This document shows, piece by piece, positions 17,198 to 25,509 of a stretch of DNA of 28,825 bases (its first letter is position 1; every line of letters starts with the position of its first letter). Made by a program: the position numbers and the translations under genes. The notes beneath the pieces were generated by a model that worked only from the letters and a program-made list of their open reading frames with translations, was not told where the DNA came from and did no database searches. Source of the DNA: an uncultured bacterium (GTDB taxonomy: Bacteria; Krumholzibacteriota; Krumholzibacteriia; Krumholzibacteriales; Krumholzibacteriaceae); contig CBDUYR010000032.1 of NCBI GenBank assembly GCA_965371515.1, forward strand, positions 1 to 28,825, in the 5' to 3' direction.

Positions 17198-19099
17198 CTA
17201 GTCTATTTCCCACTTATGGTAGAGGTATTCCGCGATCATCTCCACCTGTCCGTGATCGATGAACCACAACGGGAACCCGAAGTGTGCGCTGCCCTGGTAG
17301 TGCATAGGGTAGGGATTCGTGTCCGGGTCATATTCACAATCCTGATCCATCGTCCACAATGCGACGGCTGCGCCATTGAGAGGCGAAAGAGTACTTCTGC
17401 TCTTCATCCGGTATATAGGGGAAAAACATCCATGTGAGCGTGCGCCTGTAAAGTCCATGTAATACGCGGGATCGTAAGCTTCTACATACCAGAACCCTCT
17501 CACCATCGGATCGAAGAACAGGCCAGGCTGCGTGATCTCATCCCACAGCCGCAACGTGTCGGGGAGGAGAGGCGCGTAGCAGTCCTTGATCGCCATCGTC
17601 ATCGCATCCCGGTCAATATTTCTGTACACGCCTTCCGGCAGGTTGGTCTTGAACGGAGCGAGGACCTTGTCGATAACACTCACGTAATAATCATCATGCG
17701 CCATGTTCAATCTCGCGTAATCGATGTCGTAAGGATCGTCTGCGATCTCCCTAACAACCCAGGCGGGATACGCCGGGTCGTCCGGGAATACGGCGCTGAG
17801 GGAACTCCCGCTCAAATCACCCCTCCCGCATGAGAGGACATTGCCGGTTGCGGCCATATAGATCTTCAGGTTGTTCGGGGCCGGAAACGGTTTTATGCTT
17901 GGGGATGGCTGGAACTCTATCGTCGAGCTCCATACATTCTCGGAAGCTCTGTCACTCGTCCAGATGACACTCTTGTATTTTGCCAGGACTTCGAGCGGGA
18001 CAGGATTTCTCCTGTCATGGATATCCGCTTCGTATATATCCCTGGCGGGATCGAATCCGGGAGCGAGAGAGCATATTCCCGTCCAGAACTCGTCATGTTC
18101 GGTCTCAGTCGGAAGATGCCGCAACGGCAGGGGCGTGTCATAGAGCAGCATGTCGTCTATCCACAGCAGATCACGCTCTTTTGTGAATTCGATGACCTCG
18201 ACCTCGATCTTCGCCCTCGTGATCGTGCCCGCTTTGTCTTTTGCCTCAACATAAAAAACGTGAACACCCACGTTGAAAATCACGCTTTTCGGGCGGAATT
18301 CCTTCGTTGCATAAGAACTCCATGAAATCATCCATTGTTCGTCATCAGCGAGATCCTGTATATCCCAGCCGTACCTGTATTCAATGGGGCCGAACCATGC
18401 GAAGGTCGGCTCGGCATACCAGCTGAAATTGAGGATTACCCGGGGGAGAATGAGAGCAGCCGAAGGCTGATATTCTGTCCCGGAGAAGAGCTCGATTCCG
18501 AGTATGGGTTCCTTGAGCGTCAGGAGCGGATAGATCTTTCTCACGGTGAACTGCCGGGTGTTGTGGAAGGTGTAACTATCTGTCGTACTCCCGCAGCTGT
18601 CCATCGCCTGAACGGCGAAGAAATATATCCCGTCATCGAGCGGACTGACCCTTCCTATTTCAACACTGTCGCCGGCCGGATCCCACTGCTTCCATTCGGT
18701 CCAGTGATCGTCGAACTGTTCGGGATGTTCGTTGATCATGTCGGTGCCCGTCTCACCCGGCTCAAGTTCGACGATCAGGTGCCGGGTATAAGCGATCATG
18801 TATTCCGGGTCCTGTTCCCATCTGAATGTTATTCTCGGAGGATAGTACTGGGAGTCTCCGACATCCGGCGCGACTATCTCCACCCATGGAGTGTCGAGTG
18901 GACAGATGGGGTCGTCCGGATCGTCATCACCCCCGTCACCGGGTCCGATCACCTCTTCATCGGTGCATCCGGCCAGCAGGAGGCATGCGGCGGCGAAGAT
19001 AATGAACAGGGGGATGAAAATATATTTCGGGGAAAAATCTTCCAGTACGGCAGCGCCGGCCCTCCGTCCCTGAATTCCGGAAAAGCGCGAAAGTCTCAT
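17198..19099 (-). CDS. Large lipoprotein with beta-sandwich (FN3-like) modules and uncharacterised C-terminal domain
   Basis: Lipobox LAGC followed by an Asp/Gly/Pro linker; two similar beta modules (GIYFFAVQAMDSCG / GVHVFYVEAKDKAG); SD ggaga. Confidence 0.75.
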   Translation of the reverse strand: MRLSRFSGIQGRRAGAAVLEDFSPKYIFIPLFIIFAAACLLLAGCTDEEVIGPGDGGDDDPDDPICPLDTPWVEIVAPDVGDSQYYPPRITFRWEQDPEYMIAYTRHLIVELEPGETGTDMINEHPEQFDDHWTEWKQWDPAGDSVEIGRVSPLDDGIYFFAVQAMDSCGSTTDSYTFHNTRQFTVRKIYPLLTLKEPILGIELFSGTEYQPSAALILPRVILNFSWYAEPTFAWFGPIEYRYGWDIQDLADDEQWMISWSSYATKEFRPKSVIFNVGVHVFYVEAKDKAGTITRAKIEVEVIEFTKERDLLWIDDMLLYDTPLPLRHLPTETEHDEFWTGICSLAPGFDPARDIYEADIHDRRNPVPLEVLAKYKSVIWTSDRASENVWSSTIEFQPSPSIKPFPAPNNLKIYMAATGNVLSCGRGDLSGSSLSAVFPDDPAYPAWVVREIADDPYDIDYARLNMAHDDYYVSVIDKVLAPFKTNLPEGVYRNIDRDAMTMAIKDCYAPLLPDTLRLWDEITQPGLFFDPMVRGFWYVEAYDPAYYMDFTGARSHGCFSPIYRMKSRSTLSPLNGAAVALWTMDQDCEYDPDTNPYPMHYQGSAHFGFPLWFIDHGQVEMIAEYLYHKWEID

Positions 19100-19264
19100 T
19101 TCGATCTCTCCTTCCCGGTATCGGCGAAACGGAATGGAGACAGAGAGCGTGAGCGGCCGGTGACTGATGGGAATTTCAGTGTATGGTGTGACCCCTCACT
19201 GAAAAAATAACTGTTGAGAAGAGTTCGGGCAAGGCGAATCTCCCGGAACCCCTGCTCTTGCTGA

Positions 19265-20182
19265 TCAGCTGACTGCTGACTTTTTCGCGAATAGCATGTA
19301 GTGGAAGTTGTGGTAGCGTCTTATCCTGTCGCTTGACGATAGTTTCCCATACAGTGACAGCCCGGCTCTGCCCGTGTTGGGGTACGATCTCAGCGGGACG
19401 GCCTCTATATCCGTAAATTCCGCTTTCTCCAGCATACGCATAGATCCGAAGACATCGGTCGGGAACTCGTACGGCGCCGGCCTGTGCTTCGACCCCTGCA
19501 TCCTGTGCCAGCCGTCCCTCAGCGCGCCGTGAATTCTTCTCGGCATCATCTTCGACTTCCAGAACTGCAGAAGCCCCCAGGCGTTGATGTCCTCGAGGAA
19601 GAGCATGCCTCCCGGCCGCAGGATCCTCGAGAACGCGGTGAATATCTCCGCCAGCCTGTCCGGCTCGTGATGGATCAGGTCTATGCAGCAGACAGCATCG
19701 AAGGTGGCGTCGCGGAATGGGAGGGCCTGCACGGCGCCGGCGACGTTGAACGCCGAGCCATGCTCGTCGCGGAGCTTCTCGAGAAGAGGGCGCATCAGGT
19801 CGAACGCCACGACAGCATTGTCGGCAGCCAGCTCGAGAAAACCGGTGTCGACGCCGCAGCCGATGTTGACGATAGTTTTTCCAGTCCCGAGTCTCTCCCG
19901 CGCGAAAGCCCAGTATTCTGTTTTGGAGAGCTCCCACTGTTCCTCGGAGAGGGCGTCCTTCGCAGAGGCCGGTTCATCGGTCATGATCTCGCCGAGTTTC
20001 TCCTCCTCGGCTAGATGCTCGAGATCGATCCCCTCGGGCATCAGTACGGGGATGCCGCCGCGCACATCGTACGAGGCACCGCACGAGAAGCAGGTAAGGC
20101 AGTACTCGCAGGCGCTGAGATTCCCGCCGCATTTCGGGCAGGCGAGAAGATCGAGCAGCTTCTGTTCTACGATCGATGTCAT
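19265..20182 (-). CDS. Class I SAM-dependent methyltransferase with N-terminal Trm112-like zinc-ribbon
   Basis: LLACPKCGG..LTCFSCGASYDVRGGIPVL; VNIGCG motif I; ALPFRDATFDAV; RILRPGG. Confidence 0.85.
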   Translation of the reverse strand: MTSIVEQKLLDLLACPKCGGNLSACEYCLTCFSCGASYDVRGGIPVLMPEGIDLEHLAEEEKLGEIMTDEPASAKDALSEEQWELSKTEYWAFARERLGTGKTIVNIGCGVDTGFLELAADNAVVAFDLMRPLLEKLRDEHGSAFNVAGAVQALPFRDATFDAVCCIDLIHHEPDRLAEIFTAFSRILRPGGMLFLEDINAWGLLQFWKSKMMPRRIHGALRDGWHRMQGSKHRPAPYEFPTDVFGSMRMLEKAEFTDIEAVPLRSYPNTGRAGLSLYGKLSSSDRIRRYHNFHYMLFAKKSAVS

Positions 20183-20266
20183 GAGCGTTCACCTTTCACG
20201 CTCCATTATAGCCGATACACGGGTTACCGCAACTTGCGTTTTGCCCACCTCCGGCGGCGAGCATTC

Positions 20267-20295
20267 TTGACAGCGGTGCACGCCCGTGATAGCGT
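20267..20295 (+). promoter_or_regulatory. Putative sigma70-type promoter for the M24-yggS block
   Basis: TTGACA (20267-20272), 17-bp spacer, TGn-TAGCGT (20290-20295). Confidence 0.5.
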
Positions 20296-20392
20296 TTGCC
20301 ATTCGAGGCAGAGACTCACCGGCCCTGCCGGGCCGCGTCGCGCCCGCATTCGTGACCCGCAATACGTTCACCAGTCATCGGAGGCTCAATAG

Positions 20393-21580
20393 ATGGATAT
20401 CAAAGCGATACAGGATGCCCTGAAGGACAAGGGGATCGACGGCTGGCTGCTCTACGATTTTCACAATCGCGATCACCTCGCCTACAGGATCCTCGATATG
20501 GATTTCGAGAAGATGACGTCTCGCCGGTGGTTCTACTTCATACCGGCAGTCGGCGAGCCCGTGAGGCTCTGCCATCGCGTCGAGCCTGCCAAACTCGATT
20601 CCCTGCCCGGCGAGAAGGTCTTCTACCATCCGTGGGTGGAACTCCACGCGAAGCTCAAGGAGATACTCGGCGAGCCGAAGACGATCGCGATGCAGTACTC
20701 GCCGCTCTGCAACATCCCCTACACGTCGATAGTCGACGGCGGGACGATCGAGCTTATCCGCTCCTTCGGCCACGAGGTTGTTGCATCGGCCGACCTCGTC
20801 CAGCTGTTCGAGGCGATAATCGACGAGAAGGGATACGAGAGTCACCTCAAGGCGTGCGAGATAATCCAGCACATCAAGAACGAGGCGTTCGCCGAGATCG
20901 GCAAGGCGCTGAGCGAGGGCCGCAAGCTGACCGAGCACGACGTGGCGCAGTTCATCCTGCGGCGCTTCGAGGAGGAAAACATCGATCCCGGTCACGACAT
21001 ACCGATCGTCGGGATCAACGACCACCCTGCCAATCCGCACTTCGAACCGACACCCGAAGGCTCGTACGAGTTCAAGAAGGGTGACATGGTCCTGATCGAT
21101 CTCTGGGGTAAGCTCAAGGAACCCGGCTCGATCTACTACGACATCACATGGTGCGGCTATATCGGAGACGATCCGCCGGAGAAGTACCGGGAGATCTTTC
21201 ATGCTGTGCGTGACGCCCGCATCGAGGCGGTCAACTTCGTGCGCAAGTGTTTCGCCGAGGGCAGGCCGGTATACGGCTGGGAGGTCGACGACGCGTGCAG
21301 GAACGTGGTGAAAGAGGCAGGCTACGGCGACTACTTTATCCACCGCACGGGTCACTCGATCGGCGAGGAGGTCCACGGCAACGGCGTGAACATCGATAAC
21401 CTCGAGACGAAAGACGAGCGGCAGCTCGTCCCAGGCATCTGCTTCTCGATAGAGCCGGGCATCTACCTCGAGGGCGAGATGGCCGCGCGAAGCGAGATCG
21501 ACTGTTTCATCACTCTGGACGGCGAGGTCGTCGTCGCCGGCGAGGAACAGATGGAGCTGATCAGAATACACGCCGACTGA
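20393..21580 (+). CDS. M24B family Xaa-Pro peptidase (aminopeptidase P-like)
   Basis: ANPHF, LIDLW, YYDITW, HRTGHSIG, FSIEPGIY, RSE metal-ligand motifs. Confidence 0.92.
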   Translation: MDIKAIQDALKDKGIDGWLLYDFHNRDHLAYRILDMDFEKMTSRRWFYFIPAVGEPVRLCHRVEPAKLDSLPGEKVFYHPWVELHAKLKEILGEPKTIAMQYSPLCNIPYTSIVDGGTIELIRSFGHEVVASADLVQLFEAIIDEKGYESHLKACEIIQHIKNEAFAEIGKALSEGRKLTEHDVAQFILRRFEEENIDPGHDIPIVGINDHPANPHFEPTPEGSYEFKKGDMVLIDLWGKLKEPGSIYYDITWCGYIGDDPPEKYREIFHAVRDARIEAVNFVRKCFAEGRPVYGWEVDDACRNVVKEAGYGDYFIHRTGHSIGEEVHGNGVNIDNLETKDERQLVPGICFSIEPGIYLEGEMAARSEIDCFITLDGEVVVAGEEQMELIRIHAD

Positions 21581-21595
21581 CTGTCGTGGAGCCGC

Positions 21596-22285
21596 ATGTC
21601 GATAAAGGAAAACTACAGACGGGTGAAGGAGAGAGTCGCGGAGGCGGCCGTGAAGGCGGGCCGTGACCCGTCTGAGATCACTATAGTCGCAGTCACCAAG
21701 ACCCACCCCGCGGAGACGGTCGAGGAAGCCTTGGCCGCCGGCGCGACCGACGTCGGCGAAAACCGCGTCCAGGAATTCCTCTCGAAAGAACCCGGCGTAA
21801 CAACTCACTGCCGCTGGCACCTTATCGGCCACCTGCAGACGAACAAGGTCAACAAGGTCGTCGGGAAGTTCTCGATGATCCATTCAGTCGATTCGCTGAA
21901 GCTCGCAGAAAAATTGAGCGGTGCCGGCGTACGCGATGGGATCACGACCGACATCCTCATCGAGGTCAACACGAGCGGGGAGGAATCGAAGTTCGGCCTC
22001 GAGACAGACAGCGCGCTCGAACTCTGCTCGGAGATCGCAAAGCTGCCGGCCCTGAATCTCAGGGGGCTGATGACTGTCGGCCCGTGGGTCGAAGAGGCGG
22101 CGGTCCTTAGGAAGGCGTTCGTTTCGCTCAGGCGCCTGGGCGAGAAAATAAAGGAAGAGGGTATAAACGGAATATCGATGGAGCACCTCTCGATGGGGAT
22201 GACCGACGATTTCGAGATCGCCATTGCCGAGGGCTCGACGATCGTGAGGCTCGGGAGGGTCATATTCGGGGCCAGACGCATGTGA
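21596..22285 (+). CDS. yggS: Pyridoxal phosphate homeostasis protein
   Basis: VAVTKT, GENRVQE, WHLIGHLQTNKV, LSMGMTDDFEIAIAEGSTIVRLGR. Confidence 0.96.
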   Translation: MSIKENYRRVKERVAEAAVKAGRDPSEITIVAVTKTHPAETVEEALAAGATDVGENRVQEFLSKEPGVTTHCRWHLIGHLQTNKVNKVVGKFSMIHSVDSLKLAEKLSGAGVRDGITTDILIEVNTSGEESKFGLETDSALELCSEIAKLPALNLRGLMTVGPWVEEAAVLRKAFVSLRRLGEKIKEEGINGISMEHLSMGMTDDFEIAIAEGSTIVRLGRVIFGARRM

Positions 22286-22388
22286 CAGAAAAACGGCCAG
22301 AACGTTAGCAGGATGGCCGGAGAGGATTCCGTTCCGCCGCCGTTCCACGGCAGCGACGTAGCTGTAAGACATGAAAACCAGGTGAGTT

Positions 22389-22649
22389 ATGGGATATTTC
22401 GTCACGGACACTGTTGGTCTGATACTTGCTTTTCTCAATACGTTGACATTTCTGTTGTTGCTGTATCTGTTTCTGCAGCTCGTCGGAGTGCCGGAAGGCA
22501 GGATCTTCAGGGCACTCGATCGCATCTTCTCCCCGGTCCTCGCGCCGGTCCGGCGGCTGCTCAATAGACGGGGATTCGACGCATCGCCGCTCATTCTGGC
22601 GGCGGTCCTCCAGCTGATCGTGCTGGCAGTCAGGAAAAACTGGCTTTGA
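22389..22649 (+). CDS. yggT: YggT family membrane protein
   Basis: 86 aa; TM - RIFSPVLAPVRRLL..GFDASP - TM; position after yggS. Confidence 0.85.
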   Translation: MGYFVTDTVGLILAFLNTLTFLLLLYLFLQLVGVPEGRIFRALDRIFSPVLAPVRRLLNRRGFDASPLILAAVLQLIVLAVRKNWL

Positions 22650-22765
22650 ATCGACGGCGGCGGCATGGTAAAGATTCAGAAGTGAATGAATGAGCCCGGG
22701 GAGGCAGCGGACCAACGGGCGGTAACACGAAGAACGGCCGTGGTCCGGCAAGAGGAGGCAGACAA

Positions 22766-24145
22766 ATGAGGATCACACCTCTAGATATCCGAAAGCAGGA
22801 ATTCCGCAAGACGATGCGCGGACTGGACACCGACGAGGTCTACGCATTTCTTGGCACTGTCGCCGACGAGTACGAGGCGGTGCTCTCGGATAACAAGAGA
22901 CTGAGGGAGCATATCGTCCAGCTCGAGGAGCGCCTCAAGGAGTTCAAGAGCATGGAGACCAACCTTCGCAATACCCTGATGACGGCCGAGAAGATCACGG
23001 TCGAGGCGAAGGAGAACGCCCGCAAGGAAGCGGACCTCATAGTCCGCGGAGCCGAGGTCGAGGCGTCGCAGTCGTCCGAGGCGATCCGCGCCCATACCCA
23101 GCAGCTCCGCAGGGAGATACTCGAGCTCAAGAAACACAAGGACAACTACATCACCAGGTTGAAGACCCTTCTTGACAGTCACAGGAACGTCATCGACGGA
23201 TTCGAGGAGGACTTCGCCGAGGTAGACCGCGAGATAGACTTGATCGGCAAGAAGGTGGAGGAAGACATCAAGGCGCCCCCTCCCGCTTCCCGCATGAGCC
23301 GTGAAAGGATAGAGGAAGATTTCGCGCACGAGGAGCCCGAAGACAAGGTTACCTGGGGGGATGACCAGCCGAGAAAGGACGTCGAGAGACCGACGGTGCC
23401 TCGACCCGGCGAGTGGGAGCGGCAGAATCCCGAGAAGCGGGGAGCGGCCCCCGAGGAGGGATCGGGGCAGGAAGAAGAGACGGCCCCCTCTCCTCAGCTC
23501 GATTTCGGACCGGTTGGAGTGGTCTCGGATGAGGACGTGACGGCGTCGCCGAAAGCCGCCGAAAGTGAGTCCGATGGAGAGTATCACGACGACCGGGAGA
23601 ATATGACCAAGCAGGAGCTCGAAGGCGAGGCTCTCGCCAGGGACGTCGTTGCTCACAACATCGAGGAGCGGATGTATCCCGATTCTCATCTCAACGGTGA
23701 TGGTCCTTCGGCCAGCGGACCAGACGAAAAGACAGCCCCTCCGTCGGCGACCGACGACTGGAAATCATACGAGGTAAAGGAATCGAAGCAGGACTGGAGC
23801 AGCTACGAGGTCCCGCGCAAGGATGCGCCGGCGCCCCGCCCGGCCGTCCAACCTGCGCCGCAGAAGGTGGTCGAGCCTGCCGAGGACAAGGCTCCGACTG
23901 ATAACGAGGTCGAGGAAGCCCTCTCCGGGCTGACCGAGATGGGGTCCGACAAACCCTCGCCCGGGGCGAAGCAGCCCGATCAGCCGGCAGCACCGAAAGC
24001 GAAGGCTCCTCCTGCAAAGGCCGCCTCAGCCCCGCCCGCGGGCGACAATACTGATGAGACCGCTGATGAGATCTCAGATGAGGATCGGAAGTGGTCGATG
24101 GATGAACTGAGGAAAAACCTGACTAACATGGACAGGGACAGCTGA
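22766..24145 (+). CDS. divIVA: DivIVA-domain protein with long acidic, Pro-rich C-terminal extension
   Basis: MRITPLDIRKQEFRKTMRGLDTDEVYAFL N-terminal domain, then coiled coil; SD gaggagg. Confidence 0.92.
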   Translation: MRITPLDIRKQEFRKTMRGLDTDEVYAFLGTVADEYEAVLSDNKRLREHIVQLEERLKEFKSMETNLRNTLMTAEKITVEAKENARKEADLIVRGAEVEASQSSEAIRAHTQQLRREILELKKHKDNYITRLKTLLDSHRNVIDGFEEDFAEVDREIDLIGKKVEEDIKAPPPASRMSRERIEEDFAHEEPEDKVTWGDDQPRKDVERPTVPRPGEWERQNPEKRGAAPEEGSGQEEETAPSPQLDFGPVGVVSDEDVTASPKAAESESDGEYHDDRENMTKQELEGEALARDVVAHNIEERMYPDSHLNGDGPSASGPDEKTAPPSATDDWKSYEVKESKQDWSSYEVPRKDAPAPRPAVQPAPQKVVEPAEDKAPTDNEVEEALSGLTEMGSDKPSPGAKQPDQPAAPKAKAPPAKAASAPPAGDNTDETADEISDEDRKWSMDELRKNLTNMDRDS

Positions 24146-24151
24146 CCCTGA

Positions 24152-24445
24152 ATGATACAGATAGAGTCGAAGCAGGATGGGAGGGTTGGATTCCGGATAC
24201 GGATCCAGCCCTCTTCGCGTAAGGACGAGATTATCGGATGGAACGAGGCGGGGGAGCTGCGAATAAGGCTCACCGCCCCGCCAGTCGAGGGAGCGGCGAA
24301 CAGACGGATCCCCGTCTTTCTCGCAAAGGAGCTCGGCCTGAAAAAACGCGATATCGTCATCGAGTCCGGCGAGAAGTCGAGAAGCAAGCGCCTCTCGGCC
24401 CCCGCCTCAGCCAGAGCCAGGCTGGAAGAGCTGCTCGACGTCTGA
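24152..24445 (+). CDS. yggU: DUF167 (YggU) family protein
   Basis: RIQPSS, LRIRLTAPPVEGAAN, SGEKSRSK. Confidence 0.9.
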   Translation: MIQIESKQDGRVGFRIRIQPSSRKDEIIGWNEAGELRIRLTAPPVEGAANRRIPVFLAKELGLKKRDIVIESGEKSRSKRLSAPASARARLEELLDV

Positions 24446-24509
24446 CGCATCCGCCCCCTGTCCCGGATTTCCCACTTGTAATTATCACCTGCGTACACGC
24501 ATAAACTTG

Positions 24510-24540
24510 TTGCGGCTGGCCGCTGTTGCCTGTATAAGAT
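24510..24540 (+). promoter_or_regulatory. Putative promoter for PNP
   Basis: TTGCGG (24510-24515), 17-bp spacer, TATAAG(AT); same -10 sequence as the ileS promoter. Confidence 0.5.
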
Positions 24541-24580
24541 TTCTGACCCGGGAAGGGGGAGATCGACGAAAGGAGATGCG

Positions 24581-25405
24581 GTGTCGGAGCTCTACAGCAG
24601 GATCAGGGAGAGTGCGAGATATATAAAAAAACTCGCCGATATCAGGCCTTCGTTCGGCATTGTGCTGGGCAGCGGCCTGGGCGGACTGGCGAAGAGGATA
24701 AAGGTAAAGGCTGCGATACCTTACGGAGATATTCCGAGCTTTCCCGTATCGACAGTCAGCGGACTTCACGCGGGTAACCTGATCCTCGGCGAGCTGTCCG
24801 GTCGAATGGTCGTCGCGATGGAGGGAAGGGTTCACTACTACGAGGGTTACACGATGAAGCAGGTGACCTTCCCCGTCCGCGTGATGAAGGCACTCGGTGC
24901 GAGGTCGCTGATTCTTACCTCGGCCGTCGGGGCAATGAATCCGATGCTTCCCAAGGGTTCGATCGTCGCGGTCACCGATCACATCAATCTCATGGGTGAC
25001 AATCCCCTGATCGGCCCGAACGACGAGAGGCTCGGTCCCCGCTTTCCCGACATGAGCGAACCTTACGACCGCAAGTACATATCCCTGCTGGAGAAAGCCG
25101 CGCTAGACCTGAAGATTCCGCTGAAGAAGGGTGTCCTGGCCGCGCTGGCCGGCCCTTGTCTCGAGACAGCCGCCGAGTACCGCTTTCTCAGGCGGATCGG
25201 GGCCGATATAGTCGGTATGTCGATGGTTCCTGAGAACATTGCGGCTGTGCATGCGAGGATGAAAGTAATTGGAATCTCGATTGTTACGGATGAGGCGCTG
25301 CCCGATTGCCTTAAGCCGGTCAATATCCGGGAGATAATCGCTACGGCGAAGAAGGGCGAGAAAGTGCTCCAGACCCTTGTCATGGAGTTCCTCAAGAGGG
25401 TCTGA
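24581..25405 (+). CDS. punA: Purine nucleoside phosphorylase (trimeric PNP family)
   Basis: GIVLGSGLG, GRVHYYEG, DHINL..NPLIGPN...GPRFPDMS, GPCLETAAE, VGMS; GTG start with SD aaggaga. Confidence 0.93.
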   Translation: MSELYSRIRESARYIKKLADIRPSFGIVLGSGLGGLAKRIKVKAAIPYGDIPSFPVSTVSGLHAGNLILGELSGRMVVAMEGRVHYYEGYTMKQVTFPVRVMKALGARSLILTSAVGAMNPMLPKGSIVAVTDHINLMGDNPLIGPNDERLGPRFPDMSEPYDRKYISLLEKAALDLKIPLKKGVLAALAGPCLETAAEYRFLRRIGADIVGMSMVPENIAAVHARMKVIGISIVTDEALPDCLKPVNIREIIATAKKGEKVLQTLVMEFLKRV

Positions 25406-25409
25406 TTCC

Positions 25410-25438
25410 TTGACATGATGACGCTTGTACATTATAAG
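25410..25438 (+). promoter_or_regulatory. Sigma70-type promoter for ileS
   Basis: TTGACA (25410-25415), 17-bp spacer, TATAAG (25433-25438). Confidence 0.7.
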
Positions 25439-25509
25439 ATATTGTTCCCGTTGAAGCTGACCCGGCCCTTTCAATCCGAAAATGGAGAATTCCTGCCGGG
25501 AGCATACCG

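Noticed and set aside
22371..22391. ATG AAA ACC AGG TGA in frame with yggT (possible selenocysteine or readthrough)
   Set aside because: The AGGTGA is adequately explained as the SD of yggT; YggT has no conserved Cys at this position and no SECIS-like hairpin was recognised
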